Shown in pieces: positions 13,084 to 24,398 of a DNA stretch of 64,000 bases. The stretch is taken from contig NC_068992.1 of assembly GCF_001194135.2 (NCBI RefSeq), positions 57,020,819-57,084,818 of the forward strand, read 5' to 3'. The notes beneath the pieces were generated by a model that saw only the letters and a program-made list of their open reading frames with translations, was not told the DNA's origin and did no database searches. Positions within the stretch are counted from its first letter, which is position 1. Each line of letters starts with the position of its first letter. The stretch comes from Octopus bimaculoides. Lineage: Eukaryota. A program made the position numbers and the translations under genes.

Positions 13084-14672
13084 CTGTAGATTAGAATTGA
13101 AATTTGGATCAAACATATGCTAAATATATATTGCGTTTATTTATTCGATTATCTAATTCAGAGGACTGTACAAATGCCTAATAATATCTTTGATCATGTA
13201 GTGAACTATACTGTTATATGAAAGAGCATTAACTTTAAAATATTGGTTCGATTCCCACATACTCCGCAACATTCAGCACATTTCCAGTAAAACAAAGATA
13301 CGTAAATGTAGGACATTTGCTGGCGTTGTTTTTAACATGCAATGATTTACGAAAAGAAATCGACTACGACTAGAATATTTTTGATCACAGGCCAACAGGA
13401 AAAAGCTTCTGTTGGGCTAAATAACAAAAACAGGCCCCAAAATACAGGTTAACAAAAAATGTGGTTCTATATATACAGTGTTTAAATAAAGTAAGTTAGA
13501 TCATGTTTGATCATGGTTCCTCTGGATCAGGCTGTACCTTGAGCTGAACAACAACGCAACAACGCCCAAAGGAATGACATTTAGTAATAATTTAGTTTGA
13601 AATATTTAATGTTTCAATAAAAATATGATTATAACTAGAGCCAGATTGATCATAGTTCTGCTGGATCATGGATAGCTTAAGGCTAAACACAATAGATATA
13701 TCACAAATATCTAACAGCTGTTTATATTGACAAGTATATAATGGTTAAAAGTCTTATGTTCAATATTTGAGTAGCAATATGTCAAGAGTATTCTAGAGAC
13801 AGATGCATATAGTATTACCAAGAATTCTATATATTATATTGCGTCGCAAAGACAATGTTAAATGCCATCCTTTTACAAATGAATAAGAAATAAAATTAAG
13901 AAATCTGATATTGGCAATCTTTATTGTAAATTATCTCTCAGTGTATCGACTGCTACAGTAAATTCGTTAATCTCTTAGCACATATATTTCTTCGATGCAG
14001 CAATTAATAAAACTTTTCCAATCTCTTGGAGACCTTTTGACCAAACTAAATTGAGTGTCTTTATAAGTGTATTGGATAACACTCGTATAAACGTGCAATT
14101 ATTACACTTTTATGTTTCTCAAATAACTGGGAATTGAAAAGAAATCCACACACCTTCGTTCCAAAATAGCTGTAAATACCTAGCGACGTGATTTAAAGAA
14201 AAGACTCCATTGCAAATAGAAACGTATGGTTGTAATATAACTTAGTTTACTTTTCTTGCACAGCTAAATTTGTTTGATCACCATATATAAGCAGTGGCAC
14301 CACTGTGGAAATTATGAGTGCTTAGTTAGCTCACAGTAATATGTTTTACATAAGTTGTTGAAAGATGGCGTCCCTCAATTTACCCAAGTTATTCAGATTC
14401 AAAAATAAAGGATTACAGTTACGTCCAGGAAGCAAAGACGAAGCCTCTACTCCAGCGTAGACGCTCGACTCGCTAAAACTTGGAGCCAAATAGTTTACAA
14501 ATTACACCTTGCCGTCGTGACAAAGGAGACGCCGGCTAGTGTTGTCGAAAGTACTCTATGCATGAAGAATTAGAGGAAAGTTACCGGTTAAACATTGCTA
14601 AAATGCATTTTACGTAGGTGTTTGTTGAATTTTAAACAACATTTATACCTACTGGCTACAACGACAATATAA

Positions 14673-14737
<65 letters not shown>

Positions 14738-14879
14738 GTCTGTCTATTTATCTATCTCCCTTTCTCTCCCTGCCGCTCTGTTTCCATGTCCCTTTGATTG
14801 TCAAATGATGTGTAATAGCATGAAATGGTAAGTGTTACATTATTAAAACTAATTAACTTATTCAACCTATAAGTGAAGA

Positions 14880-15240
14880 CACGGATATGTGGTTAAGAGT
14901 CTTGCAACGTACTTTCAGTCTCACTGTGCAGCACCTTGGACAAATGTTTTGCACTATAATCCTATGCAGACCAATGCGTCGTGAGTGAATCTGGTTGATG
15001 GAAACTCTATGTGCGTGTATTTGATTCATTGTATTTGGGTTCGTTCCTATCACTACTTGAAAACCGTTTACAGTTTGTTTACCTCCCCGTAACTGAGCGG
15101 TTTGAGTAAATGGACCCGTAGAATAAGTACCTGACTTGAAAAAACTAAGTATTAAGGTCGATGTGTTTGACTAAACTCTGCAAGGTGGTGCTCTAACATG
15201 GCCGCAGTCCAATGACTGACACAACTAAATTTTAAAAGAT
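14880..15240 (+). mobile_element. SINE family A, old near-full-length copy
   Basis: gcagcaccttggacaaatg ... agaataagtacc ... ggtcgatgtgtttgactaaa ... catggccgcagtccaatgactga. Confidence 0.8.
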
Positions 15241-16083
15241 ATCCTTTAAACTCTTCTTTTAAATAACTGCTGTCAATATACACAGTATAACATTGCCTGA
15301 CACTATTTATCTTAAATATTGCATTACAGATCTTCAAGGCTGCGCGTCACATTTTGTTCTGTTAAAATATGCACATTACATATTTATTAAGTTTACTTTG
15401 CAATAAGAAAAATGACATATGAACTCGAAAACTTTAACGGGAAAGAAGACATTTTGTAGAGTAAAACTTATCTTAGTGTTAAGGTGAAACTGCTGACATT
15501 CCTCGCCTCAAAAATGTCTTCTTGATATTTTTACATTAAAAAATAATGGTAGAAGACTAAAATTAAAATTTTGGCAGTATTTAACTCTGTTCATTTACGT
15601 TCTAAGTCGCAATCCTTTCGAAGCCCACTTTCATTAATTTCATTCATGCTGACATTGATAAAATAAACTACCATTCAAATACTGAAGTCGATATAATCGA
15701 CTGTTCTCGCTGCCAAAATCTGTAGCCTGGTACCTCTTAAAAAAAAATCAGACTGCATATAAAATTTTCTTTTATATCTTGGTTCATTTTCATGTGGTAT
15801 ATCCAAAAATGTAGACGATATTGTGTAATTATTACTATCAAATCCAATTTTACCAAAGTTCTCTGCCCCTGATAACATCTAATCTTGCCTCTGGGGAGAG
15901 TCCCATTTAGTTAGGCATACATACTCTAAAAGAAGGTAACTGTATACCGATCTTGACTCCTTATAACTATTGGACTTGTGGCATTTGTTGCAGAGGCCAA
16001 TACAAGTTTGAGGGACGAGGGAGCGGGAATGGCTCTGCACCAACCATGCCAACAATAATAATAGACTCCTGCTGGGTAATTTA

Positions 16084-16133
<50 letters not shown>

Positions 16134-16414
16134 NNNNNNNNNNNNNNNNNNNNNNNNNNNNNNNNNNNNNNNNNNNNNNNNNNNNNNNNNNNNNNNNNNN
16201 NNNNNNNNNNNNNNNNNNNNNNNNNNNNNNNNNNNNNNNNNNNNNNNNNNNNNNNNNNNNNNNNNNNNNNNNNNNNNNNNNNNNNNNNNNNNNNNNNNNN
16301 NNNNNNNNNNNNNNNNNNNNNNNNNNNNNNNNNNTATATATATGGTGGTTGTCTACTCCTTAGGCAGAGTTTGACCACCTTCTATACCTACACCTTAGCA
16401 CTATCATAGCATCT

Positions 16415-16670
16415 TATGAAGCTTTTTTAAACCAGACAATGTTCTGAAAAGACATCCACACAGATTACACATCCGCTTTGGACCACCAAGAGCTGCAGAT
16501 TAGTTCGGATCTTTGTGGATCTTAAAATGTCTTTTGAGGCCTCTGTTGGATTTGCAAACCTTCTGGCATACACCCCATTGAAAGGTGTGCACAGACATAT
16601 GAGTAGAATAATTGGTGGAGGTTCGTTTTCCATACATATAAATGTCCGTGGGTTTTCACGTAGTTTCTGG
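16415..16670 (-). mobile_element. LINE 3' remnant with two C2H2-like zinc fingers (RTE-like)
   Basis: FQWGVCQKVCKSNRGLKRHFKIH and MCNLCGCLFRTLSGLKK in different frames, with no TGEKP linker. They resemble the C-terminal fingers of RTE-clade ORFs. Confidence 0.5.
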
Positions 16671-16674
16671 TCCA

Positions 16675-16885
16675 AAGAGCTGCGACAATCGTTAGCATGC
16701 GGGGCAAAATGCTTAGCAGTATTTCGTCTGCCTTTACGTTTTGAGTTCAAATTCCTCCGAGGTCGACTTTGCCTTTCATCGTTACGGAGTAGATAAATTA
16801 AGCACTTCTCAAGTACTGGAGTCGATGTGATCAACTGTCCCCCTCCCCATAAAAAATCCAGACCTTGTGCCTAGAGTAGAAAGGT
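16675..16885 (+). mobile_element. SINE family B
   Basis: gagctgcgacaatcgttagc...gagttcaaattcctccgaggtcgactttgcctttcatc...ccttgtgcctagagtagaaag. Confidence 0.9.
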
Positions 16886-16902
16886 TTATTATTATGATTA
16901 AT

Positions 16903-17118
16903 TTAGGTGGTGAGCTGTCAGAATCATTAGCCCGCTGGGCAAAATGCTTAGCAGCATTTCGTGGGTCTTTGCGTTCTGAGTTCAAATTCCGCCGAGGTCG
17001 CTTTTGCCTTCCATCCTTTCGAGGTTGTTAAATTAAGTACTAGTTATACATTAGGGTCGAATTAATTGACTGTCCCCTCCTTCAAAGTTTCAGGCCTTGT
17101 ACCTATAGTAGAAAGAAC
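16903..17118 (+). mobile_element. SINE family B, tandem to previous copy
   Basis: Full head-to-tail match to family B. Confidence 0.9.
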
Positions 17119-17262
17119 TATTATTATTACTATTCATTTTGTTCATCATATACAAGTTTGTGTGTATTCATCATTATTTTATGCATCATATTCGATTTTA
17201 GAAAAAAGAAATGTAGCATGTCTCTGACAATTCCGAAGCGTATTGAACTTATTTTGTGTATG

Positions 17263-17281
17263 ACTTTTGACCCGCCCTGTA
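17263..17281 (-). mobile_element. Solo Tc1/mariner-type terminal inverted repeat
   Basis: Reverse complement reads TA-CAGGGCGGGTCAAAAGT; no partner TIR found. Confidence 0.3.
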
Positions 17282-17879
17282 TATTATAAGACGTTGTAAT
17301 ACCGAAGCGCTACGCGCGTTTGTTTAGTTGTTATTTGATGTGTGGTTTATATTATGTGCAATAGATAGCATAATCGCTATGGATTATTGTTAAGAAATGT
17401 CTGACAATTAATTCATATACATATCCGCTAACATAAATACATATTGATTGATTAATGCGATTAAAAGATTAGTTTATTATGAGATGGTGAGTAAAGTCGT
17501 CCTTGGGAAATAAGCCCTATTTAATATTGGTAATAATCGATCGAATATGAAAGGGCTGGATTACTAGAACTGTGGGTGAGAAGGGGAATAGTCCCATTCG
17601 GCATTTAGTTGTGGCTCTTTAGATCCTGAGGTCAAATTCGACCGGAAGAAACAATGTTTTTCATTCATCAATCATCAATGAAAATAAGTAGTATTAGAGT
17701 ATGTACTTTAGCATAATTATATTATACTCCACAAGAAAGGTGGCGAGCTGGCAGAATCGTTAGTGCGCTGGGAAAAAATTCTTAACAGGAAATTTTCGAG
17801 GAAGAAGTTATGTGACTTGACTTCTCTAATCTGTAATATTTGTATAAAAGTGTTGCTTTGCTTGCGCAGGATAGCGGTG

Positions 17880-18200
17880 TTACAGTAGCCATTGAGCTGC
17901 ATTCATTTACATTTTTTCTTAAGATAGAGGATTACTTTGCCAATTAAGATGGCCTCTTTTATTAGCGGGTTTCCATTGTTTCTTTCTGTGGTTACAATGG
18001 CAACATGGTTCTCTCTGAGCTGGCATTACTGTACGTACTTTTTGACAGAAGAAGCATTACGGTTAAGGTGTTTTTTAATCCGTGCGTGTACTTGTGAGAT
18101 GGTACTTCCCATTTAGAATTCATTTTATGCTTGCTACACGTCATTTTATACACAATGTAGGATTGCAGGCATATTTTCTCCGTTGAACGATCACATGTCG
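17880..18200 (-). mobile_element. Penelope-like GIY-YIG endonuclease remnant
   Basis: IVYKMTCSKH...(frameshift) MGSTISQVHARIKKHL...SSVKKYVQ*C...LIKEAILI, resembling VY.ITC..C...YIG.T...L..R..EH...EA..I. Confidence 0.6.
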
Positions 18201-18202
18201 AG

Positions 18203-18382
18203 AAATTGGAGAGGCGGTTAGTCGATACTATCGGCCCCAATCTTCAAATGGTATTTTATTTTAATGATCTTGAGCGAATGAAAGGCAAGATCGATTTCAG
18301 CTGAATTTGAACGTAAAGGTCAGGTAGAAATCTTCCAAAGCATTTTGTATGACGCACCTCAAAATTCTGCCAACATGCCATC
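18203..18382 (-). mobile_element. SINE family B, degenerate
   Basis: Reverse-complement match (tgaaaggcaagatcgatttcagctgaatttgaacgtaaag). Confidence 0.7.
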
Positions 18383-18688
18383 TAAGCCGCACTACGCTAT
18401 CAGTTTTCAAAGAAGGGTATTAGTTGAGAACGTCGACCTCATGGAAAATACATGGAAAATATTTTATTTTACTGATTCGGAAATCAGAAAAATTAAACAT
18501 GAAAATGGCTGAAATTGAACGCATATCAACAACTGGAAGAAATACCGTAAGGCATGATTTCCAAGAATTCCACCACCTCTCTACCACAATAATGGTAATA
18601 ATTATACCACCAACAACAACGATGATGACGAAGACAAGGAGCAGGTAGAGTAGGAGGAGATGAAGAATAACAACGACAAAAACAACAA

Positions 18689-18689
18689 T

Positions 18690-18744
<55 letters not shown>

Positions 18745-18752
18745 GTAATAAT
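18689..18752. repeat. (AAT)n microsatellite
   Basis: Directly visible. Confidence 0.95.
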
Positions 18753-20784
18753 AAAACGATCATAATACTGCGTTTCTGTGAGGGTTTTTTTTTAATGTAA
18801 TCATTGTTTATTTTTATTATTACTATTCCTCTTGCGGATACTGTTGTTGATATTGTTGTGTATTATTTCTACCTTTCCTGCTGCTGATGATGCTGATGAT
18901 AACGACGTCGATAGAGCGGATGTTATGGGTGTCTGCATCGATGATTATAGTCTTCTTGCTATAAATGTTGTTTTTTGTTCGTAATACCATTGTTACAGCA
19001 CATATATCTGTCCATAGAACTGTTGTTACAGCCATCATTAGCTTCTGTTTGCCAATGTTGAGCTATGTGTATATATAAACACATACACATATATATGCAT
19101 GTATATATGTATGTACATGCATTACACACTTGTAAATGTACATGTATTATAGCAATAAATATATAAATATATGTGCTTGTATAAAGGTATATATATACCT
19201 ACATATTTATATGTATGTATATATAATATCTATATATATATATATAATATATATTGTATGTATATATATATATGTATTATATTTGTAGTTATATCTGTAT
19301 ATATATATATATATATATATNNNNNNNNNNNNNNNNNNNNNNNNNNNNNNNNNNNNNNNNNNNNNNNNNNNNNNNNNNNNNNNNNNNNNNNNNNNNNNNN
19401 NNNNNNNNNNNNNNNNNNNNNNNNNNNNNNNNNNNNNNNNNNNNNNNNNNNNNNNNNNNNNNNNNNNNNNNNNNNNNNNNNNNNNNNNNNNNNNNNNNNN
19501 NNNNNNNNNNNNNNNNNNNNNNNNNNNNNNNNNNNNNNNNNNNNNNNNNNNNNNNNNNNNNNNNNNNNNNNNNNNNNNNNNNNNNNNNNNNNNNNNNNNN
19601 NNNNNNNNNNNNNNNNNNNNNNNNNNNNNNNNNNNNNNNNNNNNNNNNNNNNNNNNNNNNNNNNNNNNNNNNNNNNNNNNNNNNNNNNNNNNNNNNNNNN
19701 NNNNNNNNNNNNNNNNNNNNNNNNNNNNNNNNNNNNNNNNNNNNNNNNNNNNNNNNNNNNNNNNNNNNNNNNNNNNNNNNNNNNNNNNNNNNNNNNNNNN
19801 NNNNNNNNNNNNNNNNNNNNNNNNNNNNNNNNNNNNNNNNNNNNNNNNNNNNNNNNNNNNNNNNNNNNNNNNNNNNNNNNNNNNNNNNNNNNNNNNNNNN
19901 NNNNNNNNNNNNNNNNNNNNNNNNNNNNNNNNNNNNNNNNNNNNNNNNNNNNNNNNNNNNNNNNNNNNNNNNNNNNNNNNNNNNNNNNNNNNNNNNNNNN
20001 NNNNNNNNNNNNNNNNNNNNNNNNNNNNNNNNNNNNNNNNNNNNNNNNNNNNNNNNNNNNNNNNNNNNNNNNNNNNNNNNNNNNNNNNNNNNNNNNNNNN
20101 NNNNNNNNNNNNNNNNNNNNNNNNNNNNNNNNNNNNNNNNNNNNNNNNNNNNNNNNNNNNNNNNNNNNNNNNNNNNNNNNNNNNNNNNNNNNNNNNNNNN
20201 NNNNNNNNNNNNNNNNNNNNNNNNNNNNNNNNNNNNNNNNNNNNNNNNNNNNNATATATATATATATATATATACAACTGTATAGATATATAAATAGATA
20301 TTTATACAACTATTTATACATACACATATATATGTGTGTGAGAGCACGAGCATGGAGAGAGAAAGAGACAAGGAAAGAAAGAAGTGGAAGAAGAATAGTG
20401 AAAAGGATAGAAAAGCACGAGTCTTTATATAAAGTTTATGCAGAAAAACATCACAAAATAGAACCCTAATTACGTTGCCTTCTCGAAATATCTTTGTAGT
20501 TAACTGTGTAGGCATCCACCTTTCTATAAATTTACCAGTCATGCTCTATATTTCTCTCTCAGTTCCTCTATCTCTCCCTACATCTAACATTTTACTTTGT
20601 ATTTATATATGTGTACGTGTATTTGTGGGTGTGTATGCGTGTGTGTGTGTGTGTGTGTGCATTGATTTTGTGCCTGTTTATGTGTGTCCATATACATGCG
20701 TTCATATATATACGTATATATGTTAAGTTATATATATATGCATTCATGTGTGAGTGTATGTATGCATGTATTATATATGTATCG

Positions 20785-20935
20785 TATGCACAACTTATGA
20801 AACTGCTTCTTATAAGAGCGGAGAAAATGGCTGTAAAAAGGAAGATATTCCGATCATAGGACACTGCAAACAAAACATGTATAACCTTTGCCGCCAGGTA
20901 AAAAGTGGGTGCAAAGTAATGAACATAATTATAAT
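20785..20935 (+). mobile_element. Penelope-like fragment (Cys-rich linker before GIY-YIG)
   Basis: ENGCKKEDIPIIGHCKQNMY resembles CNCR.K..CP..G.C...VIY. Confidence 0.4.
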
Positions 20936-20958
20936 GTTGATATACATGCATATATATA

Positions 20959-21437
20959 GGCGCAGGAGTGGCTGTGTGGTAAGTAGCTTGCTTACCAACC
21001 ACATGGTTCCGGGTTCATTCCCACTGCGTGGCACCTCGAGCAAGTGTCTTCTACTGTAGCCTCAAACCGACGAAAGCCTTGTGAATGGATATGATAGACG
21101 GAAACTGAAAGAAGCCCGTCGTATATATGTATATATATGTATGCGTGTGTATATGGTTGTGTGTCTGTGTTTGTCCCCCCTAGCATTGCTNNNNNNNNNN
21201 TATGTATATATATGTATGCGTGTGTATATGGTTGTGTGTCTGTGTTTGTCCCCCCTAGCATTGCTTGACAACTGATGCTGGTGTGTTTATGTCCCCGTCA
21301 TTTAGTGGTTCGGGAAAAGAGAACGATAGAATAAGTACTAGGCTTACAAAGAATAAGTCCCGGGGTCGATTTTCTCGACTAAAGGTGGTGCTCTAGCATG
21401 GCCGCAATCAAATGACTGAAACAAGTAAAAGAGTAAA
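20959..21437 (+). mobile_element. SINE family A, full-length, best-preserved copy
   Basis: tRNA-like head (ggcgcaggagtggctgtgtggtaag...gggttcattccc), CORE-like cctcgagcaagtgtc, internal (TA/TG) tract, and a 3' domain ending gactgaaacaagtaaaagagtaaa. Interrupted by a 10-N gap with a 65-bp assembly overlap. Confidence 0.92.
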
Positions 21438-21439
21438 TG

Positions 21440-21985
21440 AGTATATTTGGTTTATCATTCCTTGCGCACGACAAATAAAACCGAATCTGGTCAAGGTATT
21501 TTACAGATATTTATCTAAACACTTTAATAAGGAACATAAATATAAAAAAAATAATAATAAAGGATTAGAATATGTTTTTCAGTAACTCAAAATTTGTTTA
21601 GAATTTTCTCTTTCTTTAATAATAATATATTAGATAATTTTTATAAGAATAGAAATAATAATAGTATTACAGAAAATGATCTACCAAGAAATTGTTTGTA
21701 GATATAAGGGTAAATATTATTTTAAGAATTTTTTGCTAAAGAACAATATTTTATATAGACGAAGGGTTGATTCGGAACGAAAAATATTTTTACATATGGT
21801 CAACGGAAAATGTTATTAAAAAATGGATCACAAAACATGAGTACACCTTTAGGAATAGAGATCGATTTAACAGTACTAGTCTAAGTAAAATAATTTGGGA
21901 AATTGAATGATACAAAGAAATAATACGACATAAATTGGAAAATACTTAGTCATGCTAGATCGTACATATACTTCAGTATTGAGTG
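21440..21985 (+). mobile_element. Penelope-like element remnant (linker plus GIY-YIG)
   Basis: IWFIIPCARQIKPNLVKVFYRYLSKHFNKEHKYKK (IWFNPP...KHF motif), then STENVIKKWITKHEYTFRNRDRFNSTSLSKIIWELND...YDINWKILSHARSY (N.T.LS..IW.L...I.W.I...A..Y). Confidence 0.8.
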
Positions 21986-22369
21986 AACATGTTTCACAAT
22001 TGTTTTGTAAGTGAACATGTTGTGGTTTTAGTAATCAAAAATTTAAATTGTTGAGGACCATTAGTTGGTTGCAAAAGCAATACTTCTTTTAAATCAATCG
22101 GTAGTTGTAATAGTCTACCACAACTAGCAGTTATATTGCAGTTGCAAATTTCATTTATACAGATGTTGCAAGTATGTTGATACAATCTAATTTATCTAGC
22201 AGTGTCATATTTGATGAATGTAAACTTTTGTGGAAATACCATTTCAAAATGAAATTACTTCCAGAATTGAATTTCCTCCTGAATTTAAATATCTAGTTAT
22301 TCAAATTAATAGATTTTTTTTTATAATCCAGCCGTCCTTTCACACAGAATTTTATCTATCTGTAAACCT

Positions 22370-22451
22370 TAGCTCTGACGAGACTTATATAAGTGAAATG
22401 AATTGTTTATGCATCAAAAAAAGTATATAAGTCAAAACAAATCGTTGGCTA
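22370..22451 (+). ncRNA. Degenerate tandem minimal type I hammerhead ribozyme-like motif
   Basis: tagct-CTGACGA-g-acttatataagt (perfect palindrome)-GAAA-t-gaatt-gtt, then a second copy tatataagtc-aAAAc-aaatc-gtt-ggcta. tagct/ggcta can form stem I. Located downstream of a same-strand Penelope remnant. Confidence 0.5.
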
Positions 22452-22647
22452 CTTTTTAATATTATATTATATTATATTCATATTATATTACGTTATATTA
22501 TACTATAAATAAATTGTTTGATTGTCAATTGTATCTCTCTAGCTAAATTATTGTTTATATACATGTTTATGTGTGCGTACATGAGTGTGTGTATGAATAT
22601 ATGAATATATATATATATACCTAAAAGATAGAAGATATAGATAGGTT

Positions 22648-22713
<66 letters not shown>
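22648..22713. repeat. (GATA)n microsatellite
   Basis: Directly visible; similar tracts near 53450-53512, 55612-55679, 60222-60295 and 62620-62670. Confidence 0.95.
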
Positions 22714-22714
<1 letters not shown>

Positions 22715-22719
22715 TTCTT

Positions 22720-23060
22720 ACAAGTGTGGCTCTGAGGAAAGAAATTTACCCCCCCAACCACATGGTCTCGAGATCAGTCTCACTGCATGGTACTTCGGTT
22801 AGCTACCTTTCATTATAGCTCTGGGCCGATTTAAACCTTGTGTGTGGATTTGGATATCTTTGTGTCGTTATGTTTGTGTTTAACCCCTATCATGGCTTCA
22901 CAGTTGATGCTGATTTTCTTTTTATTCCCTTAATCTAGCGGTCCGGAAAAGTAGACTGATAGGATGACTACCATATTAAGAGAGTAAACTAAATACTGGG
23001 GTCGATTGATACCCCAGCATGGCCGGAGTCTAATGACTGAAACAATTAAAAGATAAGAGA
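22720..23060 (+). mobile_element. SINE family A, degenerate
   Basis: caaccacatggtctcgagatcagtctcactgc ... ctagcggtccggaaaag ... catggccggagtctaatgactgaaaca. Confidence 0.8.
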
Positions 23061-23134
23061 CGTATACATATGTGCGTATCTGCGTGAATGTGTGTCTATG
23101 TACGTATGTATATATGTATGTACGTAAGTAAGTG

Positions 23135-23330
23135 TGCGGGGCTTAATGGTTACGCTGTTGCATTCACGATTGCGCGCTCGGTTACCAGACTGGCTGGTGC
23201 ACTGTTCTCTTGAGCTAAACACTTCATTTCAGGCTGCGCTACAATGACTTCGGCATGTGACGCGCACCACGCCCTGCACCTGTACGGACAATGTCGATTG
23301 GAATGGATGGAGAGGAGGAGTTCATGAACA
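23135..23330 (+). mobile_element. SINE family C, degenerate
   Basis: tRNA-like head ggcttaatggttacgctgttg...cttgagctaaacacttcattt, shared with 12180-12275. Confidence 0.5.
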
Positions 23331-24363
23331 GCAGAAATATTTGATTACTATAAACAAATCATCTGTGCAGACTGTTCAGCAAGGAAGTACGGAAGCTTCT
23401 TTCTCGATTGGAGAGACTAACATTATGTGTGTGTACGTGTGTGTCTGTATGTGTGAGTGTGTGTATATGGATATGCGTTTATATATATATATATATATGT
23501 GTGTGTGCATATATATAAGTATGTATATATATGTATATATATATATATTTGTATATATATATATATATANNNNNNNNNNNNNNNNNNNNNNNNNNNNNNN
23601 NNNNNNNNNNNNNNNNNNNNNNNNNNNNNNNNNNNNNNNNNNNNNNNNNNNNNNNNNNNNNNNNNNNNNNNNNNNNNNNNNNNNNNNNNNNNNNNNNNNN
23701 NNNNNNNNNNNNNNNNNNNNNNNNNNNNNNNNNNNNNNNNNNNNNNNNNNNNNNNNNNNNNNNNNNNNNNNNNNNNNNNNNNNNNNNNNNNNNNNNNNNN
23801 NNNNNNNNNNNNNNNNNNNNNNNNNNNNNNNNNNNNNNNNNNNNNNNNNNNNNNNNNNNNNNNNNNNNNNNNNNNNNNNNNNNNNNNNNNNNNNNNNNNN
23901 NNNNNNNNNNNNNNNNNNNNNNNNNNNNNNNNNNNNNNNNNNNNNNNNNNNNNNNNNNNNNNNNNNNNNNNNNNNNNNNNNNNNNNNNNNNNNNNNNNNN
24001 NNNNNNNNNNNNNNNNNNNNNNNNNNNNNNNNNNNNNNNNNNNNNNNNNNNNNNNNNNNNNNNNNNNNNNNNNNNNNNNNNNNNNNNNNNNNNNNNNNNN
24101 NNNNNNNNNNNNNNNNNNNNNNNNNNNNNNNNNNNNNNNNNNNNNNNNNNNNNNNNNNNNNNNNNNNNNNNNNNNNNNNNNNNNNNNNNNNNNNNNNNNN
24201 NNNNNNNNNNNNNNNNNNNNNNNNNNNNNNNNNNNNNNNNNNNNNNNNNNNNNNNNNNNNNNNNNNNNNNNNNNNNNNNNNNNNNNNNNNNNNNNNNNNN
24301 NNNNNNNNNNNNNNNNNNNNNNNNNNNNNNNNNNNNNNNNNNNNNNNNNNNNNNNNNNNNNNN

Positions 24364-24398
<35 letters not shown>

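Noticed and set aside
20959-21040. tRNA-like sequences at SINE heads
   Set aside because: They have A/B-box-like motifs but no complete cloverleaf and are continuous with repeat bodies; they are SINE promoters, not tRNA genes.
21126-21265. 65-bp exact direct repeat across a 10-N gap
   Set aside because: This is a typical unmerged contig overlap; other family A copies have the segment once.
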